Source of the DNA: Bacteroidia bacterium
Lineage (GTDB): Bacteria; Bacteroidota; Bacteroidia; DATLTG01
DNA length: 64,000 nucleotides
NCBI GenBank assembly: GCA_039924845.1
Contig: JBDTAC010000073.1
Coordinates: forward strand, 8,614-72,613
Reading direction: 5' to 3'
Shown here: piece after piece, positions 9,681 through 19,583 of the stretch
Layout: each line of letters begins with the position of its first letter
How positions within the stretch are numbered: the first letter of the stretch is position 1
Program-made: the position numbers and the translations under genes
Notes under the pieces: generated by a model
Database searches by the model: none
What the model was told of the DNA's origin: nothing
What the model saw: the letters and a program-made list of their open reading frames with translations, nothing else

Positions 9681-10940
9681 TTATAAATTCTTTACCACCA
9701 ATTGAACCGTATAACGACTTTTGTGTTCGAGTAAAATTTTCTTATTAACGCAAACCCTTTCTATCGTTGCTTGATCGTAATAGCGAATGGTAATTAATTC
9801 TAAATTATCATTGTACAAAACCCGAAAATATTTTTGAAGCAAAGCAATCAGTTTGGGAATTTTTTTTTCGTCATTGTCCATACAAACCGAAAAACTTATC
9901 GCAGAATTTTGCATCACATTTATCGTCATCCGATGTTCTGCGAAAAGTTTAAAAATAGTACTTAAATTTTCTTCTGCGATGAATGAAAAATCTTTCGGAG
10001 AAATAGAAATTAAAATCTGATTTATCTTGAAAATAAAGGACGGAATGGGCAAGGAAGTTTGCAAATGATTAATAATAGTTCCTTCTTTTTCGGGCGCCAT
10101 AAACGATTTTACGTACAGTGGAATTTTTTTATTTTGAAGCGGTTTAATTGTTTTCGGATGAATAACCGTTGCTCCGTAATACGCTAATTCAATGGCATCT
10201 TGATAAGAAAGGTGTTCTATTTTTTGTGTTGTATCAAACCATTTTGGATCTGCGTTCAGCACGCCTTGCACATCTTTCCAAATAGTAACACTTTCTGCAT
10301 CCAGCGCGTACGCGAGGATTGCCGCAGTATAATCAGAACCTTCGCGCCCTAAAGTTGTCGTAAAATTTTCGGAAGTGCCGCCAATAAAACCTTGTGTTAC
10401 AAAAATATTTATTTCGGTGTTCAAAAAAATATTTTTTGAAATCTCTTCCGTAACCTCCCAATTTACAGTACCTGCGCGGTAAGTATTGTCGGTACGAATA
10501 ATATCGCGTACGTCTTTCCAGCCGTTTTTTATTCCAGTTTCAGACAAATACGCACTCACAATTTTAGTTGAAATAATTTCTCCGACAGAAACAATTTGAT
10601 CGTATTCCTGATCGTAGGAATATTCCGGAAGCCCTTCTATCGCCCAATCCAATTCTACAAACGCATTGTTTATTTCATTGTAAACAGGATGGTTTTTATT
10701 CGGAAAAAGTTGTTCTAAAATATCAAAATGATATTTTTTTATTTCGTCTAATATCTTGGCAGGAATTTCTTTTTGATAAAAAAAAGCATCTGTTAAACGT
10801 TCCAGCGCATTCGTAATTTTTCCCATCGCAGAAACCACAATGACAACATTTTCGTGTTGGAATTGTCTCATTATTTTTGCTACATTTCTAACGCCTTCAG
10901 CATCTTTCACGGACGCTCCGCCAAACTTAAATATTTTCAT
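9681..10940 (-). CDS. lysC: aspartate kinase
   Basis: 419 aa. MKIFKFGGASV N-terminus, an amino-acid kinase domain and C-terminal ACT repeats. Confidence 0.9.
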   Translation of the reverse strand: MKIFKFGGASVKDAEGVRNVAKIMRQFQHENVVIVVSAMGKITNALERLTDAFFYQKEIPAKILDEIKKYHFDILEQLFPNKNHPVYNEINNAFVELDWAIEGLPEYSYDQEYDQIVSVGEIISTKIVSAYLSETGIKNGWKDVRDIIRTDNTYRAGTVNWEVTEEISKNIFLNTEINIFVTQGFIGGTSENFTTTLGREGSDYTAAILAYALDAESVTIWKDVQGVLNADPKWFDTTQKIEHLSYQDAIELAYYGATVIHPKTIKPLQNKKIPLYVKSFMAPEKEGTIINHLQTSLPIPSFIFKINQILISISPKDFSFIAEENLSTIFKLFAEHRMTINVMQNSAISFSVCMDNDEKKIPKLIALLQKYFRVLYNDNLELITIRYYDQATIERVCVNKKILLEHKSRYTVQLVVKNL

Positions 10941-10943
10941 TTT

Positions 10944-11450
10944 TTATTTATTAATCTCTTCTTCCGTCAGTTTGCAATTGATCCATTCGGCATCAAAATG
11001 GGAATTTAATTTTTTGTAAAATTCGATGGCTGATTCATTCCAATTTAATACTTGCCATTCCATTCGCCTTGCTTTCATTGATTTTGCGACTTTTACTACT
11101 TCTTGAAATAATTTTTTTCCGATACCAAATTTCCGAAAAGATTCTTTCACAATAATATCTTCTAAAAAAACACATTTGCCTTTCCACGTAGAATATTTGA
11201 TGTAGTACAAAGCAATTCCTACAATTTTTTTTTCACTTGTTTCTGCCACAAAAAAATGAAAAATAGGAGTTGCTCCGAAACCGTCGCGTTCTAACTCTTG
11301 CACCGTTACGGCAACTTCGTCGGACGCTTTTTCGAACGCAGCCAAATCTTTTATCAACTCTAAGAGTGCTGCTAAATCTCGCTTTTCGCCTTGTCGGAGG
11401 ATATATTCCATATCGCTTTTTTGAGGAAGCAAAGTTAAACTATTTTGCAC
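10944..11450 (-). CDS. GNAT family N-acetyltransferase (diamine/spermidine acetyltransferase-like)
   Basis: 168 aa with an acetyl-CoA-binding RKFGIGKKLF motif. Its stop lies 3 bp upstream of the lysC start. Confidence 0.75.
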   Translation of the reverse strand: MQNSLTLLPQKSDMEYILRQGEKRDLAALLELIKDLAAFEKASDEVAVTVQELERDGFGATPIFHFFVAETSEKKIVGIALYYIKYSTWKGKCVFLEDIIVKESFRKFGIGKKLFQEVVKVAKSMKARRMEWQVLNWNESAIEFYKKLNSHFDAEWINCKLTEEEINK

Positions 11451-11495
11451 ATGAAAATTTTACGATATTTGCCTTTTCAAAAATAAAAAAACACC

Positions 11496-12518
11496 ATGAG
11501 CAAAGTAAAGACACTTGGGCAATTCATCATCGAAAAACAATCTGATTTTCCGTATTCAAAAGGCGAATTATCTAGACTTTTAAGAGACATCGGAATAGCC
11601 GCCAAAATTGTAAACAGAGAAGTAAACAAAGCTGGATTGGCAGATATATTGGGCGAAGTAGGCGAAATAAATGTGCAAGGCGAAAGCGTAAAGAAATTAG
11701 ATATGTTTGCAAACGAACAATTTATTGCAGCCTTGAGTATGGGTGGAGAGTGCTGTGCCATTGCTTCGGAAGAGAATGAGGACATTGTGTTGATTGATAA
11801 TCACGTGTCGGCAAATGCGAAATATGTGGTGGCAATAGATCCTTTGGATGGTTCTTCGAACATTGATGTGAATGTTTCGGTGGGAACTATTTTTTCTATT
11901 TACCGCCGGACGTCGCTTACTGGACCGGGAACCTTGGAAGATTTTTTACAACGAGGAACCGAACAAGTGGCTGCAGGATATATTATTTATGGATCTTCTA
12001 CCATGCTTGTTTACACGACAGGTAAAGGTGTTAACGGATTTACACTGGATCCTTCCATCGGAGAATTTTGTTTGTCGCATCCTAATATGATGATGGCAAA
12101 AAATGGAAAAACATATTCCATTAACGAAGGTTATTACATTCATTTTCCGGATGGCGTGAAAAAATACATTAAGTATTGTCAGGAAGAAGACGCGAAAACA
12201 AATCGTCCGTATTCCTCGCGCTACATTGGTTCTGCGGTTGCTGATGTGCACCGAAATTTAATTACAGGCGGCATTTATATTTATCCCACTACTTCTAAAT
12301 CTCCGAGCGGAAAATTGCGTTTGTTGTACGAATGCAATCCGATGGCATTTATTGTTGAACAAGCAGGAGGAAAGGCAACTGATGGCTTTTCGCGTATTAT
12401 GGAACAAGACATCAAATCACTTCACCAACGCACTCCTTTTTATTGCGGATCGTCTGAAATGGTGGAGCTTTGCAAAGAATACATGGCAAAATATTCTGCC
12501 GTAGAAAGCAAAAATTAA
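11496..12518 (+). CDS. fbp: class 1 fructose-1,6-bisphosphatase
   Basis: 340 aa. LTxxL...DPLDGSSN metal-binding motif and GxxxYGxxT signature of FBPase class I. Confidence 0.9.
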   Translation: MSKVKTLGQFIIEKQSDFPYSKGELSRLLRDIGIAAKIVNREVNKAGLADILGEVGEINVQGESVKKLDMFANEQFIAALSMGGECCAIASEENEDIVLIDNHVSANAKYVVAIDPLDGSSNIDVNVSVGTIFSIYRRTSLTGPGTLEDFLQRGTEQVAAGYIIYGSSTMLVYTTGKGVNGFTLDPSIGEFCLSHPNMMMAKNGKTYSINEGYYIHFPDGVKKYIKYCQEEDAKTNRPYSSRYIGSAVADVHRNLITGGIYIYPTTSKSPSGKLRLLYECNPMAFIVEQAGGKATDGFSRIMEQDIKSLHQRTPFYCGSSEMVELCKEYMAKYSAVESKN

Positions 12519-12586
12519 GTAAAACGATAATTTGGATATCCGCGCAATTAGTATAAATTTGTGCTTCCAAAAAAATATTTTTTCAA

Positions 12587-13147
12587 ATGGCAACAACATC
12601 AGATATAGGCGTGGGATCCGTCATCCGTTTTAATGGCGAATTGTGTTACATTACCGAATATCAACATCGTACACCCGGAAATTTGCGCGCATTTTATCAA
12701 GCAAAAATGAAAAATTTAAAGAGCGGAAAATCGGTGGAATACCGTTTCCGTTCTGGCGAAGAAGTTGAAATGGTACGCGTGGATTATCGCATGTTGCAAT
12801 TTATTTATGCAGAAGGCGAACACATTGTATGTATGGATACGACTACGTTTGAACAAATTTATGTTCCTGCAAATCTTTTTGGTGACGGATTTAAATTTAT
12901 GAAAGAAGGAATGGAAGTGAAAGTTTCTTTCGAAGAAGATTTGGCACTATCCGCGGAAGCGCCAACGTTTGTGGAATTGGTTATTACCTATACCGAGCCT
13001 GGCGTAAAAGGCGATACTGCAACCAATACTTTAAAACAAGCAACGCTGGAAACAGGTGCTGTTATTAACGTTCCGCTTTTTATTGATGAAGGAGAAAAAA
13101 TTAAAGTAGATACACGCAACAGTTCTTACGTGGAAAGAGTAAAATAA
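12587..13147 (+). CDS. efp: elongation factor P
   Basis: 186 aa with KPGKG-like loop region (KNLKSGKS) and three OB domains. The A/T palindrome word lies directly upstream of the ATG. Confidence 0.9.
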   Translation: MATTSDIGVGSVIRFNGELCYITEYQHRTPGNLRAFYQAKMKNLKSGKSVEYRFRSGEEVEMVRVDYRMLQFIYAEGEHIVCMDTTTFEQIYVPANLFGDGFKFMKEGMEVKVSFEEDLALSAEAPTFVELVITYTEPGVKGDTATNTLKQATLETGAVINVPLFIDEGEKIKVDTRNSSYVERVK

Positions 13148-13171
13148 ATTTTAAATATCTTTTAGTATTTC

Positions 13172-13209
13172 GCGTCTCGAAAAAATATTTTTTCGAGACG
13201 CTTTTTTTT
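13172..13209. terminator. rho-independent-type terminator gcgtctcgaaaaaatattttttcgagacgc + T8
   Basis: Perfect 30-bp palindrome (8-bp G/C arms around A6-TAT-T6) followed by TTTTTTTT, downstream of efp. Confidence 0.8.
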
Positions 13210-13317
13210 GCGTTCAAATTTTAGCGAAGATTTCTCAAATAAATGTACCTTTGAATCGTATTAATCTTGGCTATTTAAAATAGTTTCATTACGAAAAATG
13301 AAAAAATATTTTTACAG

Positions 13318-14247
13318 ATGAAAATAAATCCTTCTCAAAAATTAAAAGCAATTGCTGCGATTATTAATGCCGAATTTGAAGGCAATCCCGACCACATCGT
13401 AAGCGGATTAAATGAAATTCACAAAGTAGAAGCGGGGGATATTGTTTTTGTGGATCATCCTAAATATTATGATAAAGCCTTGAAATCAAAGGCGGATACG
13501 ATTCTTATCAACCAAAAAGTAATTTGTCCGGAAGGCAAAGCATTAATTTTTTCCGACGATCCTTTTAGAGATTACAATAGTTTAGTCAATCATTTTCAGC
13601 CGGAAAAATTTTCTTTGGAACCGATTAGCGATACCGCGAAAATTGGAAAAGATACCGTGATTATGCCAGGTGTTTATTTGGGCAATAATGTGAGTGTTGG
13701 CAGCAATTGCGTGCTGCATCCGAATGTGGTTATTTATGATAATTGCATCATCGGAAACAATGTCATTATTCACTCAAATACCGTAATTGGCGGACATGCT
13801 TTTTACTATAAAAAACGTCCAGAAAAATTTGATAAAATGATTTCTTGCGGGCGTGTTGTGATCCACGATAACGTGGAAATTGGCGCGTGTTGTACCATCG
13901 ATAAAGGTGTTTCTGGCGATACGATTATCGGAGAAGGAACAAAAATAGACAATCAAATACAAGTTGGGCATGATACCGTAATCGGGAAAATGTGTTTGTT
14001 TGCTTCAGGAGTGGGCGTTGCAGGCGTTGTAACAATTGAAGACAACGTAACGCTTTGGGGACAAGTAGGTGTTAAAAGTGATGTGAAAATTGGCAAAGGT
14101 GCTGTTGTTTTGGCGCAATCGGGTGTGGGTGGTGATTTAGAAAGTGGAAAAACATATTTTGGTACACCGGCAAGTGAAGCACGCGGAAAAATGCGCGAAA
14201 TGGCGCTGCTGAAAAGGCTTCCGGAGATTGTAGAAAGATTGAAATAA
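13318..14247 (+). CDS. lpxD: UDP-3-O-(3-hydroxyacyl)glucosamine N-acyltransferase
   Basis: 309 aa. N-terminal LpxD domain plus a long left-handed beta-helix of hexapeptide repeats. Confidence 0.85.
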   Translation: MKINPSQKLKAIAAIINAEFEGNPDHIVSGLNEIHKVEAGDIVFVDHPKYYDKALKSKADTILINQKVICPEGKALIFSDDPFRDYNSLVNHFQPEKFSLEPISDTAKIGKDTVIMPGVYLGNNVSVGSNCVLHPNVVIYDNCIIGNNVIIHSNTVIGGHAFYYKKRPEKFDKMISCGRVVIHDNVEIGACCTIDKGVSGDTIIGEGTKIDNQIQVGHDTVIGKMCLFASGVGVAGVVTIEDNVTLWGQVGVKSDVKIGKGAVVLAQSGVGGDLESGKTYFGTPASEARGKMREMALLKRLPEIVERLK

Positions 14248-14271
14248 TCCTGTTTCAAAAAATAATTTTTC

Positions 14272-15783
14272 GTGGACATTTACTCAAAAAAACATCGCTG
14301 GAAATTATTTCTTTTTATTTCAGCGCTCGTTATCATTGGCTTTTCCTTGTGGTACACGAATACACTTGTACATAAAATTGCGAGTGATGAGCGGAATAAA
14401 GTTCAGCTATGGGCGGATGCCATTCAGCGCAAAGCGAGTTTAGTAAAATACACGAACGATCTATTTAAAAAAATAAAATCCGAAGAGCGCGAAAAAGTAG
14501 AATTGTGGGCGCAAGGCACGAAGGAATTAGCAAATCCTGATTTTAATTCGGGCGATGTGAGTTTTATTTTTGAAGTAATAAAAAATAACCAAACGGTTCC
14601 CGTTATTTTAACGGATGAAAAAGGAAAAATTATTTCTGCGCGTAATTTAGATTCGCTCAAACAAAATGACACTACTTATCTTCGCCAGCAATTACAAGCC
14701 ATGCGGGCACAACACGATCCAATAGAAATTGAAATTTCCAGCGGACGAAAAAATTATTTATACTACAAAGATTCTAAACTTTTCAGCCAATTAAAAAATG
14801 TGTTGGACGATCTCATCAAATCATTTATTTCGGAAGTAGCTATCAATTCCGCCTCCGTGCCAGTTATTTTTACTGATTCGACGAAACAAAATATCGTGGC
14901 TTCTGGAAACATAGACTCCGCTCATTTGAAAAATAAAGCGTTTCTTTCCGAAACCATTGATCTCATGGCTTCTGAACATGCCCCGATTGAAATTGATTTA
15001 GGTGAAAAAGGAAAAAATTATATTTTTTATCAAGATTCGTTTATCCTCACACAATTAAAATATTATCCTTATGCCCAATTTTTAATCATCGGATTATTTT
15101 TAATTATCGCTTATACTTTATTCAGTACATCGCGTAGCATCGAGCAAAATCAAGTTTGGGTGGGTATGTCGAAAGAAACAGCACATCAGCTCGGAACGCC
15201 TTTGTCATCGCTGCTTGCCTGGGTTGAATATTTGAAATTGAAAAACATGGACGATGAAATGTTGCATCAAGTGGAACAAGATATCAAGCGTTTAGAAACC
15301 ATTACGGAACGTTTTTCAAAAATCGGATCTTTGCCTGTTTTACAAGTAGAGAATTTGGTGGAAGTAACGGAAAAGGCGATCGAATACATTAAAACACGAA
15401 CGTCTAAAAATGTACATTTTATTCTTTTAGCAGATCATAAAACGCCTGTTTTTGCATCTATCAACGTGCCACTTTTTGAATGGGTGATTGAAAATTTATG
15501 TAAGAATGCAGTAGATGCGATGACGGGAAAAGGAATCATTACAGTTGCCTTTGAAGATCAGGAAAATCAAGTATTTATAGATATTACAGATACTGGGAAA
15601 GGTATTCCGAAATCGAATTTTAAAACTGTTTTTGAACCTGGTTATACCACTAAAAAGCGTGGTTGGGGGCTCGGATTATCACTCGTAAAAAGGATTATAG
15701 AAAATTACCATTCTGGGAAAATTTTTGTCAAGCACTCGGAAACTGGTAAAGGCACTACATTTCGCATTGTCATAAAGAAATAA
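14272..15783 (+). CDS. membrane sensor histidine kinase
   Basis: 503 aa. Two TM segments around a periplasmic domain, an H-box (ETAHQLGTPLSS) and HATPase_c N/G1/G2 boxes at the C-terminus. Confidence 0.75.
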   Translation: MDIYSKKHRWKLFLFISALVIIGFSLWYTNTLVHKIASDERNKVQLWADAIQRKASLVKYTNDLFKKIKSEEREKVELWAQGTKELANPDFNSGDVSFIFEVIKNNQTVPVILTDEKGKIISARNLDSLKQNDTTYLRQQLQAMRAQHDPIEIEISSGRKNYLYYKDSKLFSQLKNVLDDLIKSFISEVAINSASVPVIFTDSTKQNIVASGNIDSAHLKNKAFLSETIDLMASEHAPIEIDLGEKGKNYIFYQDSFILTQLKYYPYAQFLIIGLFLIIAYTLFSTSRSIEQNQVWVGMSKETAHQLGTPLSSLLAWVEYLKLKNMDDEMLHQVEQDIKRLETITERFSKIGSLPVLQVENLVEVTEKAIEYIKTRTSKNVHFILLADHKTPVFASINVPLFEWVIENLCKNAVDAMTGKGIITVAFEDQENQVFIDITDTGKGIPKSNFKTVFEPGYTTKKRGWGLGLSLVKRIIENYHSGKIFVKHSETGKGTTFRIVIKK

Positions 15784-15785
15784 TT

Positions 15786-16916
15786 ATGGCAGGTATTTAC
15801 ATTCATATTCCTTTTTGTAAGCAGGCGTGCAATTATTGCGATTTTCATTTTTCTACTTCTTTGAATCAAAAAAATAATTTTTTGGAGGCTTTAAAAAATG
15901 AAATTTTTCTTCAAAAAAATTACCTAGAAAAGCAAAAAATAAAAACGATTTATTTCGGAGGAGGAACTCCTTCGATACTTTCTGCGGATGAGTTAAATGT
16001 TATTTTTGAAGAAATTCAAAAACAGTTTGACATTGCTTCAGACGCAGAAATAACAATAGAAGCCAATCCTGATGATTTATCTCCGACTAAAATAAAGGCG
16101 TTGAAAAATAATTTTTTCAATCGATTTAGTATTGGCATTCAAAGTTTTTTTGATCGAGATTTGAAATTCATGAATCGTGCACACACTTCTACGGAAGCCA
16201 TTTCTTCTGTAAAAGGCTTGCAGGATGCGGGTTTTGAAAATATTTCCATCGATTTAATTTATGGAATTCAACGGTTAAGTGATGCGCGTTGGAAAATTAA
16301 TTTACAAAATGCCTTCGAGTTAGAAGTGAAACATATTTCAGCATATTGCCTGACAGTAGAGCCTCGTACGGCTTTGGCACATGCTATCAAAAATAAAAAA
16401 ATCGAAAATATAGACGATCAACAAGGAGCATCTCAGTTTGAAATAATGTTGGAGGAGATGAAAAAAAATAATTTTTTGCAGTATGAAATTTCCAATTTTT
16501 GTCGCGACAATTATTTTTCAAAACACAATAGTAATTATTGGTTAAAAGAACATTATTTAGGATTGGGACCTTCCGCACATTCTTACAACGGCAATAGCAG
16601 ACAATGGAATGTGGCGAACAATGTGCGTTATATACAGGCATTGAATGAAAATAAATTGGATATTGAAAAAGAAGATTTAACACCTCAAAAAAATTATAAT
16701 GAATATATTTTAACTTCGCTGAGAACGATGTGGGGAACGGATTTGAACTACATCGAAACTAATTTTGGAACTGATTTTTTGAAACAATGTTTGAATGAAT
16801 CTGAAAAATATATTCAGTCGAAAGATATTTTATTACAAGAAAAGAAATTATTTTTAAGCGATAAAGGAAAATTAATCGCAGATAAAATTGCGTCCGAACT
16901 TTTTAGTATTAATTAA
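15786..16916 (+). CDS. hemW: radical SAM heme chaperone HemW (coproporphyrinogen III oxidase-like)
   Basis: 376 aa. N-terminal GIYIHIPFCKQACNYCDF CxxxCxxC radical-SAM motif and HemN_C-like tail. Confidence 0.85.
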   Translation: MAGIYIHIPFCKQACNYCDFHFSTSLNQKNNFLEALKNEIFLQKNYLEKQKIKTIYFGGGTPSILSADELNVIFEEIQKQFDIASDAEITIEANPDDLSPTKIKALKNNFFNRFSIGIQSFFDRDLKFMNRAHTSTEAISSVKGLQDAGFENISIDLIYGIQRLSDARWKINLQNAFELEVKHISAYCLTVEPRTALAHAIKNKKIENIDDQQGASQFEIMLEEMKKNNFLQYEISNFCRDNYFSKHNSNYWLKEHYLGLGPSAHSYNGNSRQWNVANNVRYIQALNENKLDIEKEDLTPQKNYNEYILTSLRTMWGTDLNYIETNFGTDFLKQCLNESEKYIQSKDILLQEKKLFLSDKGKLIADKIASELFSIN

Positions 16917-16922
16917 AAAAAT

Positions 16923-17675
16923 ATGTTTACAACCATCAACCACAAAGGAAAAAATTACAAAACGGATTTATCGCAACCGATGGATATTTCCATTCCCTTG
17001 CGTGCTGGAGTTGATAATGTAAATGCTTGGTACGTTCCACCAGTAACAATGGAGCCTGTTAGAAATGCAGATTTTATTGGTGCTGTAAGTGAAGGTGGTT
17101 CCGTAAATTTCAGGAATATTTTTTTTAATCCGCACGGAAATGGTACGCATACCGAATGTGTAGGACATATCAGCAAAGAATTTTACAGTATTAATCAGTG
17201 TTTGAAAAATTATTTTTTCATCGCACAAGTCGTTACTATTTTACCAGATGAATTGGAAAATGGAGATCAGATTATTACTAAAAAACACATCGAAAATTGT
17301 TTGGACGGAAATCATCCTGAAGCGATAATTATTAGGACGTTGAGTAATCCTATTTCAAAAATTAATTTTCAATATTCCAATTCCAATCCTCCTTTTTTAC
17401 ATCACGAAGCAGCTAAATACATCGTGGATAGTGGTATCCAGCATTTATTAATTGATCTTCCTTCGGTTGATAAAGAAAGAGATGACGGAAAATTATTGGC
17501 ACATCATACTTTCTGGGAATATCCTCAAAACACGCAAAAACATCGAACCATCACCGAATTAATTTATGTGCCGAATACTATTTTAGATGGAGAATATTTT
17601 TTGAATTTACAAATAGCCAGTTTCGAAAACGATGCGAGCCCAAGTAAACCCGTGCTTTTCCGCTTGGTAAAATAA
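16923..17675 (+). CDS. cyclase family protein (kynurenine formamidase-like)
   Basis: 250 aa with an HGNGTHTECVGH metal-binding motif typical of the putative cyclase/arylformamidase family. Confidence 0.7.
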   Translation: MFTTINHKGKNYKTDLSQPMDISIPLRAGVDNVNAWYVPPVTMEPVRNADFIGAVSEGGSVNFRNIFFNPHGNGTHTECVGHISKEFYSINQCLKNYFFIAQVVTILPDELENGDQIITKKHIENCLDGNHPEAIIIRTLSNPISKINFQYSNSNPPFLHHEAAKYIVDSGIQHLLIDLPSVDKERDDGKLLAHHTFWEYPQNTQKHRTITELIYVPNTILDGEYFLNLQIASFENDASPSKPVLFRLVK

Positions 17676-17692
17676 TTTTTTCGGAAGTAATT

Positions 17693-17995
17693 TTATCTCC
17701 AATATCCCGATACCCATTCAGATCCATTCGGGCGGTTTATCCAATATCCGTGTACCCAAACGTGTCCAACGCGTTCTCTTATCCAATAGCCCCGCCTCCA
17801 TTGATATTGCCCAAATCGGCGATTCCAGTGCCAGTGTCCTTCGATCCAAATATAATGGCTGCCGGGGCAAACAGGTCGTATTCCTTCAACTGGTGCTATG
17901 GGTCGTATGCGAACTACAAATTGCGCTTGTGCGCTGTTGCTGCTAAAAAGGATTAATAACAGAATTACGGATAATGTTGCAATTATTTTTTTCAT
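17693..17995 (-). CDS. small secreted Trp/Tyr/Gly-repeat protein; paralogue of 62971-63936
   Basis: Signal peptide MKKIIATLSVILLLILFSSNSAQA. Mature region P..CPG..Y.W..G.W...Y.W..GYW... matches the second protein (PPCPVDGYVWEPGYW...). The ATG at 17995 was chosen over the ORF-track start at 18130 because it gives a proper signal peptide. Confidence 0.55.
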   Translation of the reverse strand: MKKIIATLSVILLLILFSSNSAQAQFVVRIRPIAPVEGIRPVCPGSHYIWIEGHWHWNRRFGQYQWRRGYWIRERVGHVWVHGYWINRPNGSEWVSGYWR

Positions 17996-18128
17996 GTTTT
18001 TTGTCCTCCTGAAAAATTTAATTTTTGACTTGTATATTTTAAAACAGTTTAATTCGAACGATTTCTTTTTCAGAAACAAAGAGGAAGAAATCCCTACTTT
18101 TACACCGCTAACCAAAATCGTACCACAC

Positions 18129-18701
18129 ATGAAAACATTTGCGCGTTATTTTATACAAGGCTTGCTAATAACGGTTCCGGTGGTATTTACCGGATTTATT
18201 ATTTTCAAAATATTTTTATTTATCGGCTCTTTGTTGAATATGTTTGGCTTGATTTTTAATCCCTACATCGATCCATTTATTGAACTTTCAGTATTATTAT
18301 TGCTGATATTTTTGATGGGAATGTTGGGTTCGTCGATTGTTTTCAAATCCTTTTTTACGGTATTTGAACATTTGATTGAAAGAGCTCCACTTGTAAAAAT
18401 TATTTATTCATCAGTAAAAGATTTTTTATCCGCATTTGTCGGACAAAAAAAACGATTCAATCGTCCGGTGTTAGTTATTATCAACCGCGAAGCGAGTGTT
18501 CAGCAATTAGGATTTATTACGCAAGATGATTTAGCAGAATTAGGAATAAAAGACGGACGAGTAGCTGTTTATATGCCACTTTCGTACGCATTCTCGGGAC
18601 GCTTGGTCATTGTTCCGAAAGAAAACATTACGCTTTTAGACGCATCTGCATCGGATGTCATGAAATTTATTATTTCGGGTGGTGTTACAGAAATTGAGTA
18701 A
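18129..18701 (+). CDS. DUF502 family membrane protein
   Basis: N-terminal TM helices, then the conserved APLVKxIYSSVKDF...RPVLV...G...YMP core of DUF502/COG2928. An internal ATG at 18129 was chosen to avoid the overlap produced by the long ORF. Confidence 0.7.
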   Translation: MKTFARYFIQGLLITVPVVFTGFIIFKIFLFIGSLLNMFGLIFNPYIDPFIELSVLLLLIFLMGMLGSSIVFKSFFTVFEHLIERAPLVKIIYSSVKDFLSAFVGQKKRFNRPVLVIINREASVQQLGFITQDDLAELGIKDGRVAVYMPLSYAFSGRLVIVPKENITLLDASASDVMKFIISGGVTEIE

Positions 18702-18827
18702 AACTAATATTTCGAAAAAAATGAGGTTGAAAAATTATTTTTTTGAAGAGGTGATTTTTAGTTCTAAGATTTTCTTGTATCTTGCTATTGATTTTCGAAT
18801 GAGAATTAACTAAAAAACATAAACGTT

Positions 18828-19490
18828 ATGAAAAAAATACTACTTACTGCCTTGGCTTTTTCTTGTGTGCTATCTGTCTTTGCACAAAAAATAAAAGTAA
18901 ACGAAGCCGATGAAAAGATCGGAAATGGAACTAATAATGCCTTGGTCGTTTCCATCTATGGTGCGAGTATCAAGGATATTGAGCACGAATGGAAATCCAT
19001 GATGAAAGATTATGGCGCTAAAGTTTCTACAAAGGATGGCGTTTTTGCGGACAATGCAGTTATCAAACAAATGGGGAATAATACTGTTGATATTTACGAA
19101 AAAAGTGAAGATAAAAAAAATGGAGAAGTAAAATTCATGGTAGCTTTCGACCTTGGTGGAGCTTATCTTTCCTCTTCTGCACAATCGGATAAATATAAAA
19201 TAGCTGAAAAAATAGTACATGATTTTGCTGTAAAAATGACCAGAGAGGCGATCGAAGAACAATTGAAACAACAACAAAAAGCACTCAACAAATTAAATGA
19301 TCAACAAAAGGATTTGGTGCACGACAACGATAAAATGAATAAAGACATTAAAAATTATCAAGATAAAATTAAAAATGATCAAGATGCACTTGTGAAGAAT
19401 AAAGCCGATCAAGAGAAAAAACAACAAGAAATAAATGGACAGCAAAAAGTGGTGGATGATGTGAATAAGAAAGCGAAAGCAGTGGAATAA
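18828..19490 (+). CDS. secreted coiled-coil protein, hypothetical
   Basis: 220 aa with a signal peptide and a C-terminal K/Q/D-rich coiled-coil region; no recognisable motif. Confidence 0.5.
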   Translation: MKKILLTALAFSCVLSVFAQKIKVNEADEKIGNGTNNALVVSIYGASIKDIEHEWKSMMKDYGAKVSTKDGVFADNAVIKQMGNNTVDIYEKSEDKKNGEVKFMVAFDLGGAYLSSSAQSDKYKIAEKIVHDFAVKMTREAIEEQLKQQQKALNKLNDQQKDLVHDNDKMNKDIKNYQDKIKNDQDALVKNKADQEKKQQEINGQQKVVDDVNKKAKAVE

Positions 19491-19504
19491 TATTTGTATT
19501 AAGT

Positions 19505-19548
19505 TAAAAAAGCGCCTCGAAAAAATATTTTTTCGAGGCGCTTTTTTT
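19505..19548. terminator. bidirectional terminator A7-gcgcctcgaaaaaatattttttcgaggcgc-T7
   Basis: Perfect 30-bp palindrome with an A-run before it and a T-run after it, between convergent genes. A second copy of the A/T word follows at 19549-19577. Confidence 0.8.
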
Positions 19549-19583
19549 GTATTCAAAAAAATAATTTTTGAGAGCGATAAAAT

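Noticed and set aside
12563-12592. A/T palindrome immediately 5' of the efp ATG considered as a ribosome-binding or translational-repressor hairpin specific to efp
   Set aside because: The same word precedes many unrelated genes (lpxD, manC, ftsE, lhgO), so a gene-specific regulatory role is unlikely. It is subsumed under the general motif finding.
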